Position numbers and translations under genes: made by a program
The notes under the pieces: model-generated
The model's database searches: none
The model's input: the letters and a program-made list of their open reading frames with translations, nothing else
What the model was told of the DNA's origin: nothing
NCBI GenBank assembly: GCA_045568075.1
Contig: JBJLBP010000001.1
Location: 630,001-662,000 of the forward strand
Direction of reading: 5' to 3'
Source of the DNA: Candidatus Thalassarchaeaceae archaeon
Lineage (GTDB): Archaea > Thermoplasmatota > Poseidoniia > Poseidoniales > Thalassarchaeaceae
DNA: 32,000 bases
Part shown: piece after piece, positions 11,284-19,590 of the stretch
How positions within the stretch are numbered: the first letter of the stretch is position 1
Layout: each line of letters opens with the position of its first letter

Positions 11284-12168
11284 TTATTGTTCGAGCAACG
11301 GAACCATCTCTGGCTGCTCGCTGTTTTCTTCCAACCCTGCCGCGTGGTATCGTGTATGGAGAATTATTGGAACGATGACGCAACTCATTGGTAACAGGCC
11401 AACGATGAGGTAAGCGGTGAATTTCGGAAGGGTCAGTCTATCCTCAACATCTACCCAAATTTGGACAATCATATCCCCGTCGACGGACAGTGCATCGTTT
11501 TGACGGGTATTGTTCCAATTATCGACTACAAGGAAATACTCTGCATCCCCTCCATCACCGAACCAAGATATGAACCCTCGATTGTCATTATCAAGCGCTG
11601 TTGAGAAGGTAGTGCTGCGCTTCCCTTCGTATGCATGAGAGTCTCGGAATGGGATGAATATAGCCATGTCTCGCCATTCAACAGGAATCCATTCGATATC
11701 CTCTGCCGTCATGCCCCAGCCTCCAGTTACTTCCTCGTAATTTCTTTGATATGCGTCCCAATTTGCACTACTTAGGAGGTATACGTCACCGGTTGTTTCA
11801 TCGGTTGGAGGGTTGTTCGGGTCTGCGTGAAATTCAATACAAAAAGTGTATGAATAACCTGGAACTAACTCCATTCGAAGAGCTTGTGCATAATTTTCTT
11901 GTAATTCGACTTCAACGTAAAGATCAGATCGAAGAGATAGAAGGTCATCATCATTGGATGAGCCATCCCATCCCCAATCCCACCAATCACCCTCATCGAC
12001 ACCTATTACTTCGCCGTGATTGGAATTAAGACCAATTCCCGGTGCAACCGTGCAATCGTTGGAAGCGGCCATGACAGGGGGTGCGGTTGCGAGGAGAATT
12101 GCCAGTATTGGTGCGAGAAGCCCGATGCTGAATGCACCAGCTGCGAGTCGTTTTGCGGTTTTGTGCAC
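11284..12168 (-). CDS. Hypothetical secreted/type-I membrane protein (signal peptide plus C-terminal TM)
   Basis: The N-terminus RLAAGAFSIGLLAPILAILLATAPPVMAAS looks like a signal peptide. The C-terminal TM helix is FTAYLIVGLLPMSCVIVPIIL. GTG start at 12168 lies 8 nt after GGAGG and 3 nt after the upstream gene's TGA, so the two are probably co-transcribed. I recognise no family. Confidence 0.6.
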   Translation of the reverse strand: MHKTAKRLAAGAFSIGLLAPILAILLATAPPVMAASNDCTVAPGIGLNSNHGEVIGVDEGDWWDWGWDGSSNDDDLLSLRSDLYVEVELQENYAQALRMELVPGYSYTFCIEFHADPNNPPTDETTGDVYLLSSANWDAYQRNYEEVTGGWGMTAEDIEWIPVEWRDMAIFIPFRDSHAYEGKRSTTFSTALDNDNRGFISWFGDGGDAEYFLVVDNWNNTRQNDALSVDGDMIVQIWVDVEDRLTLPKFTAYLIVGLLPMSCVIVPIILHTRYHAAGLEENSEQPEMVPLLEQ

Positions 12169-12170
12169 CC

Positions 12171-15100
12171 TCAGCGCCTCCGAGTTCTGATTGGGCGGAC
12201 GTATCCGGACTCCTTGTTCCTTCGCTCGTCCACCGTCAGATACTTCGGTTGTGGTGGTGGAGTGTGCTGATCCATGCCTGGAAGACCGCCTTCTGCTTCG
12301 ACTTCCTGAACGTCATATGTCTCAAGCATTTCCTCGGCATCGATTTCATCCTCGTCCTTCTGTCGCATCACGAGCCAACCCAGAACTAGGACAAGAGCAA
12401 CTAGCGAAAGTAGGCCTGCACTCTCTTTATTCGGGATGAAATCCTTCCATGTCAGCTCATCCCAGGATTTCTGTCTGTTCTCTTCTTCAGCGGAGAGGAC
12501 CGTGACGATGTAATCCTCACTTGCACAGACTCCAACTCCGTCACAAACTTGCAAAACGATGCGAATCTCTCCAGTCTGATACCACGTCATATTACCCCAT
12601 AGGAAGTCATTCCGGGGGTCTCCATCTTGGTCAGAATCGACCATTGCGTTGAGGTCCCAATAGATTGTGAGGTCCGAGGTCAAACTGATGTCTCGGTCGT
12701 TGGTGGTGATGCCATCTCCATCGCTATCATCTGAGGCATCGGAATCGAGCCAAGCTTCCAATCCTTCGATTAGATCGATGTCGTAGGCACTGTGATTCAG
12801 CAGAACTAGGTCGCCTTGTGTGACATAATCGGAGTCTATAGGGTCGATTTGTTCAATCTCGGGTGCGCGTGAGATGTGGACTGTTATCGAGGTAGTATTC
12901 GTGTCTCCACCCTCAAATCCATCGACCACAGTTAGAGTGACGACGTAAGTCCCAGGCCGCTCCCATGAGTGCCACACCATCGGTCCCTCGACCTGAGGTG
13001 TGGCGTCGCCGAAGTCCCAAATCCAGCGTGTAATTCCGTTCCATTCGGCGTCGTCAGGATCGGTTGAGTGGCGGCCGACGAAGCGCGGGTCGGCGTCGTA
13101 ACTTGCAGATCCGTCAAGTTTGAGGGGGCAGTTTGGAGCGATGAAAGCGCCGCCGTCTTCTACGAACGGTACCCACCAAGTCACCTCGTCACCATCGTTT
13201 GGAATTGTGTGAAGAGCGCTGCCGTTAGCACTTGGCTGCATGAATTCCACCATTGGAACGGGTAGTGGATTGGCGATTCTAATCTGATACGATTTAGTCG
13301 CCGATTCGGCCCCGCGATCATCGATAACGGTCAACGAGACTGTGTAGAGTCCTGGCTCGGTGAATGAGTAATGGACACCTGAGACATTCTCAATCTCAGA
13401 ATCTGCTCCGGTGATGTTCCAACGGGTTTGGAGAAGTGATGTGTCGCCGTCGGGATCAAAGGACATACTCTCGAAGAAATAGTCCGTATCGACGGAACCG
13501 TCAGATGGTCTGTCGAAGACAGCTACTGGGCGTTGATTGAGAACACGAACCATTAGAGTCATACTCGACATATTACCGTCATCATCAGTCACTTCTAGCG
13601 TGACTGACTTGAGGCCAGGGGTCATCCATCCTACAGTGGGATTTCGACTGACTGAACTGCTGGCGGAGAAGTCGGAGGTTAGAGTCATACCGCGACCTGA
13701 TAGATTGACTCCGGAATCGAATGTCCAGAGGTATTCGACTATGTGGCCATCGTCGTCGGTGAATACATCGGGCATCTCGAGAGGAGTTAAGGTGTAAGTC
13801 TGGAGTTCTTCAGCGAAGATTTGACGAGGGACTCTGTTCAGCACTCGCACGTAGACTTGATGCTCGACAACGAAGGTTCCATCATTGACGGTCAGAGTCA
13901 GAGTATAGACGATTCCATCGGCGCTACCGTCGACGTATGAGTGGCTGGTTTCGACTAAACCTTGTCCACCTTCGTCACTCCCATCACCCCAATTCCAAGT
14001 GAACTCCATCTGCTCGTGTGGTACATTGTCGACCGTGCTACGAGCTGAGAAAAGAACTCGCTGATTTGTGAGCAGTACGACTTCGTCAGTAATGGTCACT
14101 CCATCGACTCGGATTTCGGGAATTGGTTCAGTCGTGTCCGCAACCGTGAGGGTCCAAGATTGAGTTTCAGAGTAGAATCCACCAATATCTTCTACGGTGA
14201 GGGTGATCGTGTAATTCCCCGCTTCGGTGTAGATGTGAACAGGGTTCTTCAGACCTGAACTCGAGTTGTCGCCGAGATCCCAATTGTAAGCGACGGGAGT
14301 CTCGTTGTGGCTGTAACTTTGGTTCAGTTGGCCGAATCCCCAAACGTCAAAGCCACCGCCGAACATACTCACCGGAAGCCAAGTTTGGGTGATGGCAGTC
14401 GAAGTAGAGCCGGTGGCTACAGGTTCCATATTACCCAATTCAATGGGTAGAGTGAAGGCGGTGTCGATGACTGCTCCGGTAATGTCGCGAATATCGACAC
14501 CGAAGGTCCAGTCACCTGTCTCCGGTGGTGTGAACCAGATTGACTCTTCAGTTGGAATACTGTTTCCTGCGGTTACTGCGAAAGTGATAGAGTCTCTCAG
14601 AGTATTATTGAGGAATGCTTCGAAGGTGACCTCAATAATTTCAAAGAACGCATTCGAGGTCACTTCGAGCTCGATCTCGACACTGTCGTCGAGATTATCG
14701 CTGTCACGATCGAACGGAGTGATTCCCATGATGTCAACTTCAGCGGGGTCGGTGATGATACCCGCTTGCACGACAATATCGGTCGTAGGATATGAGCCGG
14801 TAGTGATTCCACAACTTGCGAAGTTGTAATCGCAATCGGTGACTTGTGATTCGTACCAGGCGATGACCCAGACTTCGTCGGTAGTGTTGCCGAAGCCGTG
14901 AACGAGGCCAGTACCTGCGCCTGTCCCTGAGTCGATTCTCAAGCTATTCATTGACCACGTTCCAGTCGAGGAATCCTTTGCTAGCACGGTTCCAGCGACT
15001 CCAAACTGAGTTGGTTGAACCATGAGATTGAGGGGAGCGCCAGTGCCACCTGCGAACTTGTAGGCACGCATTCCCCAACCCTCGAGTTCTTGCGCAGGGC

Positions 15101-16277
15101 TCGTCCAAGTGTTCTGCCATTCATCACGATAACCACTCATCTGCGTTCTGCAAATGAAGCCTGTAACGCAACCAGCAGTCATTGCGATATTGGAGAATCC
15201 GAAGGCACCTTGGGCACTGTCGAGTGCGACAGCTGCAGTGAAATTGGCGAAAATATCAGACATCGTCTCACCGATTGCGGTAGAGCCAGCCTGAGGGTTG
15301 CGAGCGAGGTTTTCGATTCCGACTCCACCAGTTGCGGTGTCGGCGACGAGACTGGAAATTGCTGCACCGCCGCCGAGTTTGTCAGCGAGATACATCAGGA
15401 ACATGAATCCTCCACCGTAATCGGCGATTCTCTGATTCCACCAGCGCACGCTCATGTTGGAATTCTGAGACCACTCGTTGGCGTGCTGCGACAGCGTATC
15501 GGTTACACCGAAGCAAAGGTATGCGGCCATGTCTGCCGCTCCCTCGTCTATCCAGATATACTCGTAAGGGTCGCGAGCATTATGCAGCAGATGCTCGAAT
15601 TCGTGAGCAAGGATGGTATTGCGCCAGCTCAGATCACCAGAATCAACGTAAAGAATCTCCCGAGAACTTGCAATGTTTGGGTCGAAGTATCCTCCAATGC
15701 CGCCACCACCATCGATTTGGAAGAGTATTATCTCGATTTGGCAATTATTGTCGACGTCCGGTGAATCGCCAAAGTAGTTCGTGTTAGTTGGGTAGATTGT
15801 CGACTCCCAAGTGGACGCAATGTCATTGAGTGCCGTCGAAGAAATCACAACTCCATCTTCGACGAAGATAGCGGAATTGGTTGAAATCTTCTCGACTGTA
15901 GCAGAGACCAAACCGCTTGAGGTTGTGAAAGTGTCAGTATCATCGACAGCCCAAGCATTCTCACAGGACCTCGCGGTCGATCTCGTGTTCTGATAGGATG
16001 GAGAAAATGGCAGAACTAGATTCGGAAATCCATCCTCAATCCACTGCTTCTTCAGATATCCGAATGCCGAATAGACGGGTCGGTCTTCATCGTTGTAGAT
16101 GTAAGCGTGGCCATCAGTGTCTGGATCAAAATCAGAGAGGTCACCAGCGACGATTGCGCTTTCCTCCTCTCCAGCCTCGTCGCTGGCACTAACCATAGGC
16201 ACCAAAACAGAGGCAAGCATGAGCCAAACCAACAACAACGTAGTTGTTGAACGTCCTGAACCACTTGAAGTCCTCAC
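12171..16277 (-). CDS. Giant secreted surface protein: gluzincin-like HExxH domain, at least five PKD domains, Asp-rich Ca-binding-like repeats, C-terminal TM and cytoplasmic tail
   Basis: Signal peptide: RSTTTLLLVWLMLASVLVPMVSA. Zinc motif: ILAHEFEHLLH...IWIDEGAAD, with HEFEH at 15605..15591. PKD signatures: WDLGDNSS...GNYTITLTVED, WNWGDGSD...YTLTLTVNDG, LKSVTLEVTDDDG, GLYTVSLTVIDDRG and WDFGDATP...GTYVVTLTVVDG. Asp-rich repeats: DSDASDDSDGDG and DSDQDGDP. TM helix LLSLVALVLVLGWLV is followed by a 64-aa tail. The start is either GTG 16277 (6 nt after GGGGTGA) or GTG 16283. Confidence 0.85.
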   Translation of the reverse strand: MRTSSGSGRSTTTLLLVWLMLASVLVPMVSASDEAGEEESAIVAGDLSDFDPDTDGHAYIYNDEDRPVYSAFGYLKKQWIEDGFPNLVLPFSPSYQNTRSTARSCENAWAVDDTDTFTTSSGLVSATVEKISTNSAIFVEDGVVISSTALNDIASTWESTIYPTNTNYFGDSPDVDNNCQIEIILFQIDGGGGIGGYFDPNIASSREILYVDSGDLSWRNTILAHEFEHLLHNARDPYEYIWIDEGAADMAAYLCFGVTDTLSQHANEWSQNSNMSVRWWNQRIADYGGGFMFLMYLADKLGGGAAISSLVADTATGGVGIENLARNPQAGSTAIGETMSDIFANFTAAVALDSAQGAFGFSNIAMTAGCVTGFICRTQMSGYRDEWQNTWTSPAQELEGWGMRAYKFAGGTGAPLNLMVQPTQFGVAGTVLAKDSSTGTWSMNSLRIDSGTGAGTGLVHGFGNTTDEVWVIAWYESQVTDCDYNFASCGITTGSYPTTDIVVQAGIITDPAEVDIMGITPFDRDSDNLDDSVEIELEVTSNAFFEIIEVTFEAFLNNTLRDSITFAVTAGNSIPTEESIWFTPPETGDWTFGVDIRDITGAVIDTAFTLPIELGNMEPVATGSTSTAITQTWLPVSMFGGGFDVWGFGQLNQSYSHNETPVAYNWDLGDNSSSGLKNPVHIYTEAGNYTITLTVEDIGGFYSETQSWTLTVADTTEPIPEIRVDGVTITDEVVLLTNQRVLFSARSTVDNVPHEQMEFTWNWGDGSDEGGQGLVETSHSYVDGSADGIVYTLTLTVNDGTFVVEHQVYVRVLNRVPRQIFAEELQTYTLTPLEMPDVFTDDDGHIVEYLWTFDSGVNLSGRGMTLTSDFSASSSVSRNPTVGWMTPGLKSVTLEVTDDDGNMSSMTLMVRVLNQRPVAVFDRPSDGSVDTDYFFESMSFDPDGDTSLLQTRWNITGADSEIENVSGVHYSFTEPGLYTVSLTVIDDRGAESATKSYQIRIANPLPVPMVEFMQPSANGSALHTIPNDGDEVTWWVPFVEDGGAFIAPNCPLKLDGSASYDADPRFVGRHSTDPDDAEWNGITRWIWDFGDATPQVEGPMVWHSWERPGTYVVTLTVVDGFEGGDTNTTSITVHISRAPEIEQIDPIDSDYVTQGDLVLLNHSAYDIDLIEGLEAWLDSDASDDSDGDGITTNDRDISLTSDLTIYWDLNAMVDSDQDGDPRNDFLWGNMTWYQTGEIRIVLQVCDGVGVCASEDYIVTVLSAEEENRQKSWDELTWKDFIPNKESAGLLSLVALVLVLGWLVMRQKDEDEIDAEEMLETYDVQEVEAEGGLPGMDQHTPPPQPKYLTVDERRNKESGYVRPIRTRRR

Positions 16278-16453
16278 TTGCACTCACCCCAGCAATAAGA
16301 CAGGTTCAAGCCCCACTTCAACCCGCTATAACATCGATGGAGCATCGTTCGGACGCGCCCGGCCCGAAGGGCCGAGTCTCAAAGCCCGCTCCTGTGACAT
16401 CCAACAGCACTCGTAGCCGCACAACCATCCCGCTCAGCAATCATCGAGGAGAG

Positions 16454-17497
16454 ATGGTTGCCAACCTGGGCTCACGTAGAATTTCTCTGGCTCTTGCAGC
16501 ACTGATGATGACCGGGGCGCTGATTGCCCCTGCTCTAGCTGATGAGCCTGTGCGCGGAGCGGAGGTGATTGTTCCAGAGGTTGTTAGCATAGTCCCACAC
16601 GACCCAACGGCATTCACTCAAGGGCTTGAAATCCACAACGGCAAATTCTACGAAAGCACCGGACTATACGGCGAATCCAGCGTAAGAATCGTCAACATGA
16701 CAACTGGCGAGGTTGAGCTCCAGCGCGACCTGCCCGACGAGTATTTCGGCGAGGGTCTGACCATCTGGAATGATTCCGTTGTACAACTCACTTGGCGAGA
16801 AAATACCGGTTTCATCTACGACCTCGAGACTCTTGAACCGAGAGGCGAATTCACCTACATTGGGGAAGGCTGGGGGTTGTGCAGTGACGGGGAGGACAAT
16901 TTGTGGATCGCCGATGGCGGATCGACAATCAAGCGATTTTCACATGACCTTACTTCCTTTGAGGAAGAAGTTGAGGTTCGAGTTGATGGGCTTGTGACGG
17001 ACAAATGGAATGAATTGGAATGCCCAAGTAATGACCCATTTTTAGCCAATAGATGGTATGATGATAATGTATACAGAATTAATACTGAAACTGGAATAGT
17101 CTGTCAGAAAGTGGATTTCTCAGCCATCCGCGAGCAATTTGAGACCGAGGATTCGGGAGTGTTGAACGGCATCGCTCGTGATCACGCAGGCGGTGGCTGG
17201 TGGGTCACTGGCAAGAATTGGTCGAATTACTATCAAGTGAATATTCCATGGGGGGATTTTGATCCCTCTTCCTGTGAAGAAGAATCTTCCATTCAATGCG
17301 AAGCCTTAGTATTACAATGTGGAGTATCTTATTGGAAGGCTACTGATGGATTCGCACAAGACCTTGAATTCGTTTCAGTTTACGCCTTCTTTTTCCTACT
17401 AATCATACTTCCACCGTTGTACATATGGAAGCGTCAAACTGAGAAGCCGCCACTCACCAGCGAGGACAAGCAGGAGGGCGGGCAGCATGTCTTATGA
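16454..17497 (+). CDS. Glutaminyl-peptide cyclotransferase (plant/bacterial beta-propeller type), signal peptide plus C-terminal TM anchor
   Basis: FTQGLEIHNGKFYESTGLYGESSVRIV...GEGLTIWNDSVVQLTWRENTGFIYD...GEGWGLCSDGEDNLW..DGS..I...NELE...ANRWYDDNVYRIN..TG.V is the glutamine cyclotransferase pattern. ATG 16454 follows GAGGAG and opens with a signal peptide (RRISLALAALMMTGALIAPALA). The C-terminal TM helix is VYAFFFLLIILPPLYIW. The upstream part of the ORF (16244-16453) is probably not translated. Confidence 0.85.
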   Translation: MVANLGSRRISLALAALMMTGALIAPALADEPVRGAEVIVPEVVSIVPHDPTAFTQGLEIHNGKFYESTGLYGESSVRIVNMTTGEVELQRDLPDEYFGEGLTIWNDSVVQLTWRENTGFIYDLETLEPRGEFTYIGEGWGLCSDGEDNLWIADGGSTIKRFSHDLTSFEEEVEVRVDGLVTDKWNELECPSNDPFLANRWYDDNVYRINTETGIVCQKVDFSAIREQFETEDSGVLNGIARDHAGGGWWVTGKNWSNYYQVNIPWGDFDPSSCEEESSIQCEALVLQCGVSYWKATDGFAQDLEFVSVYAFFFLLIILPPLYIWKRQTEKPPLTSEDKQEGGQHVL

Positions 17498-18224
17498 TGA
17501 CGAATCCAAACGAACTCGCCTTCAATGGTGGCTTGAGGATCTCTCCGTCGACCCGGCTACTCGTGTGGCAGGAGCGATCCTCATAATCCTCGGAAGTATC
17601 CTCGGTGTCGTCACCGGCAGCCTGCATATCACAGCCGACGTCGGCGACGTTCTGACCGGCCAGCTCGACGATTCTGGGGGGCTGGCCGATGTCCACGGAG
17701 GTGTCTATTTAGCCCTCGTCGACAATACCACTGGCGGCGAAGCAATCGAAGGCGTAACAGTGATTCTTTACGACGAGGAATTTCTCGAGATTGATCGTGA
17801 TGTAACCGACTCTGGCGGGCGATTCTCGATCGACGACGTGCCTCGGCGTTCAGCAACTCTCGTCGTCGACCACCCAAACAATATCACAGAACGGGTTTTG
17901 CTAATCCCAGGAGACCATGCTCAGATTACTGTGACCTTGAGCGAGGGAGACGGTGAGAACGAAATCGACATGCGAGGTGATAGTTATCTGGCTGAATCAG
18001 TCCTCATCACATCGATAATTGGTGCTCTAACACTCGCTGCAGGACTCGCAGGAATCCTCGGAGGCATCGAGGCATATAATGGCAAAAAACACTTCCGTAC
18101 ACAGTTTTTGGCATATCTCGGACTCTGGAGTCAGGGATTGATGTTCATCGGTCCGCTGTTCATTCTGATGGGGATGGGGCTGACGTATCTGACCCGTGGC
18201 CAATTTGGCTTCGTGGAGGCTTAA
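17487..18224 (+). CDS. Membrane protein with carboxypeptidase-regulatory-like beta-sandwich domain
   Basis: TM helix AGAILIILGSILGVVTG. The sandwich-like segment is GVTVILYDEEFLEIDRDVTDSGGRFSIDDVP. There are two or three C-terminal TM helices. ATG lies 8 nt after GGAGGG and overlaps the cyclase stop by 11 nt. Confidence 0.6.
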   Translation: MSYDDESKRTRLQWWLEDLSVDPATRVAGAILIILGSILGVVTGSLHITADVGDVLTGQLDDSGGLADVHGGVYLALVDNTTGGEAIEGVTVILYDEEFLEIDRDVTDSGGRFSIDDVPRRSATLVVDHPNNITERVLLIPGDHAQITVTLSEGDGENEIDMRGDSYLAESVLITSIIGALTLAAGLAGILGGIEAYNGKKHFRTQFLAYLGLWSQGLMFIGPLFILMGMGLTYLTRGQFGFVEA

Positions 18225-18225
18225 C

Positions 18226-19566
18226 GTGTACCTCATCACTATCGAAGGTGGGGACGGCTCCGGCAAAGGCTTGGCCACAAAGGTCGTCGCCGAAGTTCTG
18301 GAACGCGAATTTTGCTTTACCTCGGTAGAGGTTACTGGCGAGCCACGGCGGGATCATCCTCTTGGGCGGCTCGCTATCGACTCGGTACGACAACAGACGC
18401 ACACTCCTGAACAGGAGGCTGGTTTGTTCGCCGCTGACCGGGTCGACCATTCTCACGGCTGGATTTTGCCTCGATTGGAGGAGGGGCGAATCGTCGTTAG
18501 TGAGCGGAATGTGCATTCTTCACTTGTCTATCAAGGAGTGGTAGGCGGTCTTGGGGTCGAGCGCGTGGCTCAGGTCAATTCAGCTGCTCTCGTTCCTGAT
18601 TTGTGCATCTGGGTGGATTGCGACCCCGATGTTGCGATGAAAAGAATCCAGTCCGGGACTCTGCGAATGATGTCCGACAAAACTGAGTATTTCGAGACGA
18701 CTGAGTTGCAGAAGGAGATTCGTGCGGGTTATGCTTCTTTGCTTTCAGGAGAGGTTGAGATGCCGACTCCGTTTGATATGGGCGCAATCATTGGCCCAGT
18801 CTCGAATGAGACTACTGAGCGGGAGTTCAAGCGGAAATTGACTTTGCATATACGCAAGTTCGTACATTCCCGGCCTGAACCCTTGAATGTCGATACTGAG
18901 TCTGTTGAGCGGTTTATGCTGAAGCGTTTGATCAAATCAACGAAGGGTCAAACGGTACTCGATGGGCTGGGGGTTGAACCGGCTCGTACGCGGTCTGATT
19001 GGTTGGATGGCAAGGCTCCTTGGCGGGTGCTCCGCGAGGCTCAAACTGATCATTCTGCGGCGCTTGATGGGGTTCCTGAGGACGAGCGTGTCGATGTCCC
19101 AAAGTCGGTGCTGGCACGCTCGGTGAGTTCGATTTGTGGAACTCTCGCTTTACTGCCTTCGGCGGATGTCAAAGAGTTGCGTAATGCTCAGGGACCTGTT
19201 CGGGCTGTATCCGACTCACACTCTCACAAAGTTCTGCGTTTCATGGCTGACCGCTCAAAGTGGGTCAATCAGCACAAATCTTTGCTCGGGCGCGACGCTT
19301 CTCGCAACCAATTGCGTGCCGAATCTCATGCTTTTGGCACTGCAATTCTGGTTCTATGGCCGCTGCGCCGCGCTTTGGCTCGCTGGCTGGCTGCAAACCC
19401 TGACACGCACCCTCGCTTCGCTCTCGGACAGATTGTTCGTTCTGGTGAATATCCTCGCGCGGTTCGAGATACGATTGAGCGGCTGGCGATTCTTGGTAAT
19501 GGTAAATCTGATTCGACTCTGCCAGCCGGCGCCAGCGGTTTGGTTTCTTGGTGGCAGGGTCAGTGA
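18226..19566 (+). CDS. Thymidylate kinase-like protein with about 250-aa C-terminal extension of unknown function
   Basis: The N-terminal ~200 aa read ITIEGGDGSGKG (P-loop, with Lys followed by Gly rather than Ser/Thr), TGEPRRDHPLG, LFAADRVDH, VSERNVHSSLVYQG and PDLCIWVDCDP..A..R. GTG 18226 lies 6 nt after GGAGG. The ORF is also open from GTG 18196. I could assign no family to residues ~205-447. Confidence 0.7.
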   Translation: MYLITIEGGDGSGKGLATKVVAEVLEREFCFTSVEVTGEPRRDHPLGRLAIDSVRQQTHTPEQEAGLFAADRVDHSHGWILPRLEEGRIVVSERNVHSSLVYQGVVGGLGVERVAQVNSAALVPDLCIWVDCDPDVAMKRIQSGTLRMMSDKTEYFETTELQKEIRAGYASLLSGEVEMPTPFDMGAIIGPVSNETTEREFKRKLTLHIRKFVHSRPEPLNVDTESVERFMLKRLIKSTKGQTVLDGLGVEPARTRSDWLDGKAPWRVLREAQTDHSAALDGVPEDERVDVPKSVLARSVSSICGTLALLPSADVKELRNAQGPVRAVSDSHSHKVLRFMADRSKWVNQHKSLLGRDASRNQLRAESHAFGTAILVLWPLRRALARWLAANPDTHPRFALGQIVRSGEYPRAVRDTIERLAILGNGKSDSTLPAGASGLVSWWQGQ

Positions 19567-19590
19567 TTCCGAGCTCGCTGGCTCAAATCT

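Noticed and set aside
14389-15787. Long antisense ORFs inside the PKD giant (15015..15764 +, 249 aa; 14389..14829 +, 146 aa; 15521..15787 +).
   Set aside because: The opposite strand carries an uninterrupted 4.1-kb ORF with signal peptide, HExxH and PKD motifs. The antisense translations have no recognisable motifs. Their length is explained by the Asp/Gly/Thr-rich codon usage of the sense frame, which suppresses antisense stops.
16244-16453. A 70-codon N-terminal extension of the glutaminyl cyclase ORF.
   Set aside because: The extension is Ser/Pro/Thr/Arg-rich and lacks a signal peptide. ATG 16454 has a GAGGAG SD and is followed immediately by a canonical signal peptide. The extension would also occupy the entire shared divergent promoter region and run past the giant gene's start (16277/16283) into its first codons.
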